From Rhynchopus sp. YZ270_cl-10 (lineage: Eukaryota), in contig OZ037834.1 in assembly GCA_964035575.1 (NCBI GenBank), forward strand, positions 372,001 through 436,000: a DNA stretch of 64,000 nucleotides, given 5' to 3'. The notes beneath the pieces were generated by a model. That model saw nothing but the letters and a program-made list of their open reading frames with translations. It made no database searches and was not told where the DNA came from. Shown one piece after another: positions 1 to 13,045 of this stretch. Each line of letters opens with the position of its first letter. Within the stretch, counting starts at the first letter, position 1. The translations under genes were made by a program, and so were the position numbers.

Positions 1-3000
1 GACCTGCGAGGACAAGCTACTTACTACACCTGACGACTGGGTCTGCACCTGTCCTCCACCGTCACACGGTGATGCTGTTGCTGACAAGGCTGACTGTGTC
101 TTGGATGAGTGCATTGAGACATGCCCGACCTGTGCAAATGCAACCTGTTCCAGTGTGGGTCAGACTTGCATTGACCCGGACACGAACTCGCTTGTGCTGA
201 ACGACTGGCTGTGCAAGTGCACAGTTGGTACTGGCAGCGCCACAGGAACAGCTGCAGCATGCATCTGCAACGAGTGTGATGTGCACAACGTAACATGTGC
301 TGCAGCAGGACAGACTTGTTTCGAACCGAACGATCTTTGTGCTGTACCTAACGACTGGTTGTGCAAGTGCTCGCCACCTTCTATTTCAGAGAAACTTGGT
401 GGGGTTGCGATCTGCAGATACGACGAATGTGACGAGAAGGGAGGTATCTGTACTTCAGCATCGCAGACTTGCACAGACCCTGATGACACCGTTTACGATA
501 ACTGGTTCTGTACTTGCCAGTCTCCGAAGTCTGGTGTTGCGACTGCAGCAACAGCGAACTGCACAATTGACGAATGCACGGAGACCTGTGCAACTTGTTC
601 TGCCGACACCTGCACTTCAGTTGGCCAGACGTGCACCGACCCCAACACTGACGACGGATCACTGGGTGACTGGACCTGCACTTGCGTATTGCCTGGTATC
701 GGTTCTTCAACAGCAGCATCTGCGACGTGTGTGTGCAACGAATGCCTTGCGAATGGCATCACCTGCACAGGAGCCGACCAGACCTGCTTCGACAGCGACC
801 AGACTTGCCCTCCGAAGAGTGATTGGGTGTGCACATGCAAGGCTCCATCTGCGAGTGAGAAGGTTGCTGGTGTTGCCATCTGCGAGTACGATGAGTGCAC
901 TGAGAAGGCCATTACGTGCACAGGTGCAGGTCAGACCTGCGAGGACAAGCTCCTGACCACACCTGACGACTGGGTCTGCACCTGTCCTCCACCGTCACAC
1001 GGTGATGCTGTTGCTGACAAGGCTGACTGTGTCTTGGATGAGTGCATTGAGACATGCCCGACCTGTGCAAATGCAACCTGTTCCAGTGTGGGTCAGACTT
1101 GCATTGACCCGGACACGAACTCGCTTGTGCTGAACGACTGGCTGTGCAAGTGCACAGTTGGTACTGGCAGCGCCACAGGAACAGCTGCAGCATGCATCTG
1201 CAACGAGTGTGATGTGCACAACGCAACATGTGCTGCAGCAGGACAGACTTGTTTCGAACCGAACGATCTTTGTGCTGTACCTAACGACTGGTTGTGCAAG
1301 TGCTCGCCACCTTCTATTTCAGAGAAACTTGGTGGGGTTGCGATCTGCAGATACGACGAATGTGACGAGAAGGGAGGCATCTGTACTTCAGCATCGCAGA
1401 CTTGCACAGACCCTGATGACACCGTTTACGACAACTGGTTCTGTACTTGCCAGTCTCCGAAGTCTGGTGTTGCGACTGCAGCAACAGCGAACTGCACAAT
1501 TGACGAGTGTGAAGAGACCTGTGCAACTTGTTCTGCTGACACCTGCACTTCAGTTGGCCAGACGTGCACCGACCCCAACACTGACGACGGATCTCTTGGT
1601 GACTGGGTCTGCGACTGTGTGTTGCCTGGTATCGGTTCTTCAACAGCAGCATCTGCGACGTGTGTGTGCAACGAATGCCTTGCGAATGGCATCACCTGCA
1701 CAGGAGCCGACCAGACTTGCTTCGACAGCGACCAGACTTGCCCTCCGAAGAGTGATTGGGTGTGCACATGCAAGGCTCCATCTGCGAGTGAGAAGGTTGC
1801 TGGTGTTGCCATCTGCGAGTACGATGAGTGCACTGAGAAGGCCATTACGTGCACAGGTGCAGGTCAGACCTGCGAGGACAAGCTCCTGACCACACCTGAC
1901 GACTGGGTTTGCACCTGTCCTCCACCGTCGCACGGTGATGCTGTTGCTGACAAGGCTGACTGTGTCTTGGATGAGTGCATTGAGACGTGCCCGACCTGTG
2001 CAAATGCAACCTGTTCCAGTGTGGGTCAGACTTGCATTGACCCCGACACGAACTCGCTTGTGCTGAACGACTGGCTGTGCAAGTGCACAGTTGGTACTGG
2101 CAGCGCCACAGGAACAGCTGCAGCATGCATCTGCAACGAGTGTGATGTGCACAACGCAACATGTGCTGCAGCAGGACAGACTTGTTTCGAACCGAACGAT
2201 CTCTGTGCTGTACCTGATGACTGGTTGTGCAAGTGCTCGCCACCTTCTATTTCAGAGAAACTTGGCGGAGTTGCGATCTGCAGATACGACGAATGTGACG
2301 AGAAGGGAGGTATCTGTACTTCAGCATCGCAGACTTGCACAGACCCTGATGACACCGTTTACTACAACTGGTTCTGTACTTGCCAGTCTCCGAAGTCCGG
2401 TGTTGCGACTGCAGCAGCAGCGAACTGCACAATTGACGAATGCACGGAGACCTGTGCAACTTGTTCTGCTGATACCTGCACTTCAGTTGGCCAGACGTGC
2501 ACCGACCCCAACACTGACGACGGATCTCTTGGTGACTGGGTCTGCGACTGTGTGTTGCCTGGTATCGGTTCTTCAACAGCAGCATCTGCGACGTGTGTGT
2601 GCAACGAATGCCTTGCGAATGGCATCACCTGCACAGGAGCCGACCAGACCTGCTTCGACAGCGACCAGACTTGCCCTCCGAAGAGTGATTGGGTGTGCAC
2701 ATGCAAGGCTCCATCTGCGAGTGAGAAGGTTGCTGGTGTTGCCATCTGCGAGTACGATGAGTGCACTGAGAAGGCCATTACGTGCACAGGTGCAGGTCAG
2801 ACCTGCGAGGACAAGCTCCTGACCACACCTGACGACTGGGTTTGCACCTGTCCTCCACCGTCACACGGTGATGCTGTTGCTGACAAGGCTGACTGTGTCT
2901 TGGATGAGTGCATTGAGACATGCCCGTCTTGTGCAAATGCAACCTGTTCCAGTGTGGGTCAGACTTGCATTGACCCGGACACGAACTCGCTTGTGCTGAA

Positions 3001-6000
3001 CGACTGGCTGTGCAAGTGCACAGTTGGAACTGGCAGCGCCACAGGAACAGCAGCAGCATGCATCTGCAACGAGTGTGATGTGCACAACGCAACATGTGCT
3101 GCAGCAGGACAGACTTGTTTCGAACCGAACGATCTTTGTGCTGTACCTGATGACTGGTTGTGCAAGTGCTCGCCACCTTCTATTTCAGAGAAACTTGGTG
3201 GGGTTGCGATCTGCAGATATGACGAATGTGACGAGAAGGGAGGTATCTGTACGTCAGCATCGCAGACTTGCACAGACCCTGATGACACCGTTTACGATAA
3301 CTGGTTCTGTACTTGCCAGTCTCCGAAGTCTGGTGTTGCGACTGCAGCAACAGCGAACTGCACAATTGATGAGTGCACGGAGACCTGTGCAACTTGTTCT
3401 GCCGATACCTGCACTTCAGTTGGCCAGACGTGCACCGACCCCAACACTGATGACGGATCTCTTGGTGACTGGACTTGTGACTGTGTGTTGCCTGGTATCG
3501 GTTCTTCAACAGCAGCATCTGCGACGTGTGTGTGCAACGAATGCCTTGCGAATGGCATCACCTGCACAGGAGCCGACCAGACCTGCTTCGACAGCGACCA
3601 GACTTGCCCTCCGAAGAGTGACTGGGTGTGCACATGCAAGGCTCCATCTGCGAGTGAGAAGGTTGCTGGTGTTGCCATCTGCGAGTACAATGAGTGCACT
3701 GAGAAGGCCATTACGTGCACAGGTGCAGGCCAGACCTGCGAGGACAAGATCCTGACCACACCTGACGACTGGGTTTGCACCTGTCCTCCACCGTCACACG
3801 GTGATGCTGTTGCTGACAAGGCTGACTGTGTCTTGGATGAGTGCATTGAGACATGCCCGTCTTGTGCAAATGCAACCTGTTCAAGTGTGGGTCAGACTTG
3901 CATTGACCCCGACACGAACTCGCTTGTGCTGAACGACTGGCTGTGCAAGTGCACAGTTGGTACTGGCAGCGCCACAGGAACAGCAGCAGCATGCATCTGC
4001 AACGAGTGTGATGTGCACAACGCAACATGTGCTGCAGCAGGACAGACTTGTTTCGAACCGAACGACCTCTGTGCTGTACCTGATGACTGGTTGTGCAAGT
4101 GCCCACCTCCCTCAGTTTCACAGATGCTTGGTGGGGTTGCCGTGTGCAGGTACCAAGAGTGTGACGAGAAGGGAGGTATCTGTACTTCAGCATCGCAGAC
4201 TTGCACAGACCCTGATGACACCATTTATGGCGACTGGTTCTGTACGTGTCAGGCACCCAAGTCAGGATTCATGACGCTTGCTGCTGCTAACTGCACAATT
4301 GATGAGTGTGAGGAGACTTGCCCAACGTGTGCGGGCGACACGTGCTCTGCTGTTGGACAGTCTTGCACGGATCCCGACACTGATGACGAGGCACTTGGTG
4401 ACTGGACATGTAACTGCTTACTGCCGGGTATTGGTGTTTCCACCGCCTCAGCAGCTGTGTGCGTTTGTAATGAATGCGTAGCAAATGGCAATATTTGTAC
4501 CGGCGCCGACCAGACCTGCTTCGACAGCGACCAGACTTGCCCTCCGAAGAGTGATTGGGTGTGCACATGCAAGGCTCCGTCTGCGAGTGAGAAGGTTGCT
4601 GGTGTTGCCATCTGCGAGTACGATGAGTGCACTGAGAAGGCCATTACGTGCACAGGTGCAGGCCAGACCTGCGAGGACAAGCTCCTGACCACACCTGACG
4701 ACTGGGTTTGCACCTGTCCACCACCTTCGCACGGTGTTGCTGTTGCTGACAAGTCCAGCTGTTTCTTGGATGAGTGCATTGAGACATGCCCAACGTGCGC
4801 AAATGCAACCTGTTCCAGTGTGGGTCAGACTTGCGTTGACCCCGACACAAACTCGCTTGTGCTGAACGACTGGCTGTGCAAGTGCACAGTTGGTACTGGC
4901 AGCGCAACAGGAACAGCTGCATCCTGCGTGTGTAATGAGTGTGACGTGCACAACAACACCTGTGCATTTGCCCAGCAGACATGTTTCGATCCAAACGACC
5001 TCTGCACTTCGAAGAGTGACTGGATGTGCATGTGCCCGCCACCTTCTAACTCTACTAGACTGGGCGGTGTGGCTCTCTGCAGATACGACGAATGTGACGA
5101 GAAGGGAGGTATCTGTACTTCAGCATCACAGACTTGCACAGACCCAAATGATGGTATATACGGCGACTGGTTCTGTACTTGCCAGTCTCCGAAGTCTGGT
5201 GTTGCGACTGCAGCAGCAGCCGACTGCACTCTTGACGAGTGTGAAGAGACCTGCGATACCTGCGAGGTCGACATCTGTAGCGCAGAAGGGCAGACGTGCA
5301 CCGACCCCAACACTGACGACGGATCTCTTGGTGACTGGACTTGCACTTGCGTGTTGCCTGGCGTTGGCACTTCAACAGCAGCATCTGCGACGTGTGTGTG
5401 CAACGAATGCCTTGCGAATGGCATCACCTGCACAGGCGCAAACCAGACCTGCTTCGACAGCGACCAGACTTGCCCTCCAAAGAGTGACTGGGTGTGCAGC
5501 TGCAAGGCCCCATCTGCGAGTGAGAAGGTTGCTGGTGTTGCCATCTGCGAGTACGATGAGTGCACTGAACAATCGATCACCTGCACTGCTGCTGGTCAGA
5601 CCTGCGAGGACAAATTCATCACCACACAGGGCGACTGGACCTGCACCTGCCCTCCACCTTCACACGGTAAGGCTATTGCTGCAGAGGCTGACTGTGTTTT
5701 GGATGAGTGCATTGAGACGTGCCCGACCTGTGCAAATGCAACCTGTTCCAGTGTGGGTCAGACTTGCGTTGACCCCGACACGAACTCGCTTGTGCTGAAC
5801 GACTGGCTGTGCAAGTGCACAGTTGGTACTGGCAGCGCAACAGGAACAGCTGCAGCATGCATCTGCAACGAGTGTGATGTGCACAACGCAACATGTGCTG
5901 CAGCAGGACAGACTTGTTTCGAACCGAACGATCTTTGCTCAGTTAAAAATGACTGGTTATGCAAGTGCCCACCTCCCTCTATTTCACAGATGCTTGGTGG

Positions 6001-9000
6001 AGTTGCGGTCTGTAGATACGATGAATGTGACGAGAAGGGAGGCATCTGTACTTCAGCATCGCAGACTTGCACAGACCCTGATGACACCGTTTACGACAAC
6101 TGGTTCTGTACTTGCCAGTCTCCGAAGTCTGGTGTTGCGACTGCAGCAACAGCGAACTGCACAATTGACGAATGCACGGAGACCTGTGCAACTTGTTCTG
6201 CCGACACCTGCACTTCAGTTGGCCAGACGTGCACCGACCCCAACACTGATGACGGATCTCTTGGTGACTGGGTCTGCGACTGCGTATTGCCTGGTATCGG
6301 TTCTTCAACAGCAGCATCTGCGACGTGTGTGTGCAACGAATGCCTTGCGAATGGCATCACCTGCACAGGAGCCGACCAGACTTGCTTCGACAGCGACCAG
6401 ACTTGCCCTCCGAAGAGTGATTGGGTGTGCACATGCAAGGCTCCGTCTGCGAGTGAGAAAGTTGCTGGTGTTGCCATCTGCGAGTACGATGAGTGCACTG
6501 AGAAGGCCATTACGTGCACAGGTGCAGGTCAGACCTGCGAGGACAAGCTCCTTACCACACCTGACGACTGGGTCTGCACCTGTCCTCCACCGTCACACGG
6601 TGATGCTGTTGCTGACAAGGCTGACTGTGTCTTGGATGAGTGCATTGAGACATGCCCGTCTTGTGCAAATGCAACCTGTTCCAGTGTGGGTCAGACTTGC
6701 ATTGACCCCGACACGAACTCGCTTGTGCTGAACGACTGGCTGTGCAAGTGCACAGTTGGTACTGGTAGTGCAACAGGAACAGCAGCAGCATGCATCTGCA
6801 ACGAGTGTGATGTGCACGACGCAACGTGTGACAATGCAGGTCAGACTTGTTTTGATCCCAACGAATTGTGTGCTGTGTCTGATGACTGGTTGTGCAAATG
6901 CCCACCTCCCTCTGTTTCACAGATGCTTGGTGGAGTTGCGGTCTGCAGATACGACGAATGTGACGAGAAGGGAGGTATCTGTACTTCAGCATCGCAGACT
7001 TGCACAGACCCTGATGACACCGTTTACGACAACTGGTTCTGTACTTGCCAGTCTCCGAAGTCTGGTGTTGCGACTGCAGCAGCAGCGAACTGCACTCTTG
7101 ACGAGTGTGAAGAGACTTGTGATACGTGCGAAGCTGACGCTTGCAGCGTTGCTGGACAGGAATGTGTTGACCCCAACACTGATGACGGATCACTGGGTGA
7201 CTGGGAGTGTGTCTGCATGACTCCTGGACAAGGCAGAGCGACTGCGAGCGTATCTTCCTGTGTCTGCAACGAGTGTCTTGGACATGGTAACACGTGTGGA
7301 TTTGCGAACCAGACCTGCTTCGACAGCGACCAGACTTGCCCACCTGCCAAGGACTGGGTATGCAGCTGCAAGGCCCCATCTGCGAGTGAGAAGGTTGCTG
7401 GTGTTGCCATCTGCGAGTACGATGAGTGCACTGAACAATCGATCACCTGCACTGCTGCTGGTCAGACCTGCGAGGACAAATTCATCACCACACAGGGCGA
7501 CTGGACCTGCACCTGCCCTCCACCTTCACACGGTAAGGCTATTGCTGCAGAGGCTGACTGTGTTTTGGATGAGTGCATTGAGACGTGCCCGACCTGTGCA
7601 AATGCAACCTGTTCCAGTGTGGGTCAGACTTGCGTTGACCCCGACACGAACTCGCTTGTGCTGAACGACTGGCTGTGCAAGTGCACAGTTGGAACTGGCA
7701 GCGCCACAGGAACAGCAGCTTCTTGTATTTGCGACGAGTGCGACGTGCACAACAAGACCTGTGCTTTTGCCAGCCAGACTTGTTACGACCCAGACACTCT
7801 GTGTGGCGTGTCTGATGACTGGATGTGCAAATGCTCACCGCCGTCCAGTTCCCAGCAGATTTTGGGAGTTGCCACTTGCAGATACCACGAATGTGACGAG
7901 AAGGGAGGTATCTGTACTTCAGCATCACAGACTTGCACAGACCCTGATGACACCGTTTACGATGATTGGTTCTGTACTTGCCAGTCTCCGAAGTCTGGTG
8001 TTGCGACTGCAGCAGCAGCGAACTGCACTCTTGACGAGTGTGAAGAGACTTGTGATACGTGCGAAGCTGACGCTTGCAGCGTTGCTGGACAGGTGTGTAC
8101 GGACCCGAACACCGATGACGGATCTCTTGGTGACTGGGAATGTGCGTGCATGGCGCCTGGGGTTGGCACTTCGACAGCGGCTGCTGCGACGTGTGTGTGC
8201 AATGAGTGTCTGACGACGGGCATTAAGTGCAGTAACGCAAACCAGACCTGCTTCGACAGCGACCAGACTTGCCCACCGAAGAACGACTGGGTATGCAGCT
8301 GCAAGGCACCTTCGTCTGAGGAAAAGGTTGCTGGTGTTGCCGTCTGCGAGTTTGACGAATGCAGCGAGCAGTCGATCATATGCACTGGTGCTGGCCAGAC
8401 TTGTAAGGATACGTCGCTAGTTTCCCTGGATGACTGGGAGTGTACGTGCCCTCCTCCATCTCACGGAAAGGCTGTTGCAAGCATGGCGGTGTGCATCCTC
8501 GACGAATGCTTAGAGCTCTGTCCCACATGTGAGATGGGTGTGTGCGACAAAGCAGGACAGACTTGCGTTGACCCCGATACAACCTCACTTGTGCTGAACG
8601 ACTGGCTGTGCAAGTGCACAGTTGGTACTGGCAGCGCCACAGGAACAGCAGCTTCTTGTATTTGCGACGAGTGTGATGTGCACAACGCAACATGTGCTGC
8701 AGCAGGTCAGACCTGTTACGACCCAGACACTCTGTGTGGCGTGTCTGATGACTGGATGTGCAAATGCTCACCGCCGTCCAGTTCCCAGCAGGTGGTAGGA
8801 ATTGCGACTTGCAGATACCACGAATGTGACGAGAAGGGAGGTATCTGTACTTCAGCATCACAGACTTGCACAGACCCTGATGACACCGTTTACGATGATT
8901 GGTTCTGTACTTGCCAGTCTCCGAAGTCTGGTGTTGCGACTGCAGCAGCAGCGAACTGCACTCTTGACGAGTGTGAAGAGACCTGCGATACGTGCGAAGC

Positions 9001-12000
9001 TGACGCTTGCAGCGTTGCTGGACAGGTGTGTACGGACCCGAACACCGATGACGGATCTCTTGGTGACTGGGAGTGTGCGTGCAAGGCGCCTGGGGTTGGC
9101 ACTTCAACAGCAGCACCTGCGACGTGTGTGTGCAACGAATGCCTTGCGAATGGCATCACCTGCACAGGCGCAAACCAGACCTGCTTCGACAGCGACCAGA
9201 CTTGCCCTCCGAAGAGTGACTGGGTGTGCAGCTGCAAGGCCCCATCTGCGAGTGAGAAGGTTGCTGGTGTTGCCATCTGCGAGTACGATGAGTGCACTGA
9301 ACAATCGATCACCTGCACTGCTGCTGGTCAGACCTGCGAGGACAAATTCATCACCACACAGGGCGACTGGACCTGCACCTGCCCTCCACCTTCACACGGT
9401 AAGGCTATTGCTGCAGAGGCTGACTGTGTTTTGGATGAGTGCATTGAGACATGCCCGACCTGCGCGAAAGCAACCTGTTTTAATGCTGGCCAGACTTGCG
9501 TTGACCCCGACACGAACTCGCTTGTGTTGAACGACTGGCTGTGCAAGTGCACAGTTGGAACTGGCAGCGCCACAGGAACAGCTGCTTCTTGTATTTGCGA
9601 CGAGTGTGATGTGCACAACGCAACGTGTGCTGCAGCAGGTCAGACCTGTTACGACCCAGACACTCTGTGTGGCGTGTCTGATGACTGGATGTGCAAATGC
9701 TCACCGCCGTCCAGTTCCCAGCAGATTTTGGGAGTTGCCACTTGCAGGTACCACGAATGTGACGAGAAGGGAGGTATCTGTACTTCAGCATCACAGACTT
9801 GCACAGACCCTGATGACACCGTTTACGATGATTGGTTCTGTACTTGCCAGTCTCCGAAGTCTGGTGTTGCGACTGCAGCAGCAGCGAACTGCACTCTTGA
9901 CGAGTGTGAAGAGACTTGTGATACGTGCGAAGCTGACGCTTGCAGCGTTGCTGGACAGGTGTGTACGGACCCGAACACTGATGACGGATCACTGGGTGAC
10001 TGGGAATGTGCGTGCAAACCGCCTGGTGTAGGTGTCTCTACAGGCGCTGCTGCGACGTGTGTGTGCAACGAATGTCTGACCGACGGTACTGTGTGTGCTG
10101 GTGCGAACCAGACGTGCTTCGACGAGGACGAGTCGTGCCCTCCTAAGCATGACTGGACGTGCTCGTGCAAGGCGCCGTACGCTGGGTCGTACCTGGCACA
10201 CGTCGCTCTCTGCGAAGTGGACGAGTGCGACGCACAGGGGATCATCTGCACTGGTGCTGGCCAGAAGTGCACAGACGTGAATATCAGCACCACAAACGAC
10301 TGGGTGTGCTCCTGCGTGGACCCCACAGCAGGGTCCGCCGTGGCAGAGAGTGCGGAGTGCGTCATCGACGAGTGTGCGGAGCACTGTGCCACATGCGCAA
10401 ACACCACGTGCACAGCACGAGGACAGGTCTGTGTCGACCCCGACCACAGCGAACACGCACGCAACGACTGGACCTGCCAGTGCACAGTGGGTACTGGCAC
10501 TGCGACAGGCAAGCCTGCCTCCTGCATCTGCAACGAGTGTGATGTGCACAACGCAACCTGCGGTGCAGCGAACCAGACTTGTTTCGAGCCAAACGACCTT
10601 TGTGGTGTTACAGACGACTGGATTTGCAAATGCTCGCCACCTTCTATTTCAGAGAAACTTGGTGGGGTTGCGATCTGCAGATACGACGAATGTGACGAGA
10701 AGGGAGGTATCTGTACTTCAGCATCGCAGACTTGCACAGACCCTGATGACACCGTTTACGATGACTGGTTCTGTACTTGCCAGTCTCCGAAGTCTGGTGT
10801 TGCGACTGCAGCAGCAGCGAACTGCACTCTTGATGAGTGTGAAGAGACCTGCGAGACGTGCGAGGCAGACATCTGCACTGTTGTTGGCCAGACGTGCATT
10901 GACCCCAACATCGACGACGGATCTCTTGGTGACTGGACCTGCAACTGTGTGTTGCCTGGTGTTGGCACTTCAACAGCAGCACCTGCGACCTGCGTGTGCA
11001 ACGAATGCCTTACTGACGGCATCACCTGCACAGGCGCAAACCAGACTTGCTTCGACAGCGACCAGACTTGCCCACCGAATGCGGACTGGGTGTGCAGCTG
11101 CAAGGCTCCATCTGCGAGTGAGCAGGTTGCTGGTGTTGCCATCTGCGAGTACGATGAGTGCACTGAGCAATCGATCACCTGCACTGCTGCAGGTCAGACC
11201 TGCGAGGACAAATTCATCACCACACAGGGCGACTGGACCTGCACCTGCCCACCTCCGTCGCACGGTGTGTCCATTGCTATGGAAGCAGAATGTGTCTTGG
11301 ATGAGTGCATTGAGACGTGCGAGACATGCGAGTTTGGCACCTGCTCTGCTGCAGGACAGACCTGCACGGACCCGGACACCAGCTCGAAGGTGTTGAACGA
11401 CTGGGTGTGCCTTTGCGTGGCCCCCGGGACTGGTGCTGCCACGGGCACTGCTGCGTCGTGTCTGTGTGACGAATGCGCAGTGCACAACAGCACCTGCCAC
11501 GGTGCGAACCAGACCTGCCGGGACACTGACGTGTCATGTCTCTCTGTTGACGACTGGCAGTGTGAGTGCACTGCACCCTCCGGTGCTACCCACGTGGCGG
11601 GTGTCGCGGTGTGCGCCTTCGACGAATGCTTCCTGCACTCCATCGAGTGCACTGCGTCGAACCAGACCTGCGACGACCCCGACATCACTGTCTACGGCGA
11701 CTGGACCTGCCTCTGCCACCTCCCCACCACCGGCATCGCTGTGGCGCATGCTGCCAACTGCACCCTCAACGAATGCGATGTGCAGAACTGTGCCTCCTGT
11801 GCCAACAGCACCTGTGAGCATGCGGGCCAGACCTGCTCTGACCCGTTCCCCTATGAGAGGTCGATCAACAACTGGGTGTGCACGTGTACTGAGAGCCAGG
11901 GGTCTGCCACCGCCAAGGTGGCGGAGTGTGTGTGCGATGAGTGCCAGATGGAGGGTCTTGTGTGCGCGACGCAGAACCAGACGTGCTACGACCGCAACAA

Positions 12001-13045
12001 GGCGTGCACAGCTCGGGACGACTGGCAGTGCGAGTGTCCGGCGCCGTCTGAGGGCACTGCGATTGCACGCCTCGTGGACATCTGCGAGTTTGATGAGTGC
12101 CACGACCACGGCCCTACCTGCACCGGCGTTGGCCAGGCCTGCATCGAGCCCGACACAAGCACCTTCGACGATTGGTACTGCCTCTGCCAGCTCCCATCCT
12201 CTGGACAGAAGCTGGTCGGTGCGGCCATCTGCCTCCTTGATGAGTGCCAGGTCCGCGACTGCCCCACATGCGCCAACGACACATGCCCGAACGGCCAGAC
12301 CTGCTACGACCCTTCCATCAGCGCTGCGTCCCTAGACGACTGGAAGTGCATCTGCGACGGCAACGCTAGCGGCATCGGCGAGGCGACTGCCAAGGCAGCA
12401 GCATGCGTCTGCGACGAATGCGCAGAGCACTCCACTGTCTGCGCAGACGCCGCTCAGGAGTGCATCGAGGTGAGCACGCTCTGCAGCGAGAAGGACGACT
12501 GGTCGTGCGAATGCGCCTTCCCCTTCAAGGGCAGCCAGCTCATGGCCGTGGCACACCACTGCGAGCACGACGAATGCGAGGTCAACAGCGTCATTTGCAC
12601 CGGAGCCGGACAGACCTGCGAGGACCGCGACCTCTCTGTTCTGAACGACTGGATGTGCGTCTGCACTGCACCTTCCAAGGGCGAGAACATGGTACGTATT
12701 GCGGCGTGCGTCATCGATGAATGCGAGACCGCGCAGAGCACATGCCCACACCCCGGACAACACTGCGTGGACCCGGACACCTCCGACAAGAGCATCAACG
12801 ACTGGAAATGTGTTTGCGACGCACCTGCCTCGGGCACCGCCACCATGCAGCAGGCACGCTGCGAGGTCAACGAATGCCACGAGAACGACGCCTGCACGGC
12901 CTCCTGCACACCGGGCACCCTCGACTGCCTGCAGGAATGCCACGACCCGAACAAAGCGCCGGACGCCCTCAACGACTGGAAATGCATCTGCACGCCGCCA
13001 TCGACCTCCTACTCCGTTGCCTCACCTGCCTCTTGCGTCATCGAC
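1..13045 (+). repeat. Coding tandem array: 933-bp (311-aa) higher-order unit made of six ~52-aa EGF-like modules
   Basis: Near-identical blocks recur every 933 nt (e.g. ORF-track shadows at 160, 1093, 2026, 2959). Module consensus is (D/N)EC..C..C..GQTC.DP...DW.C.C...A.C. About 12 units run to ~11.3 kb, then diverged modules continue to ~13.0 kb. Confidence 0.95.
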
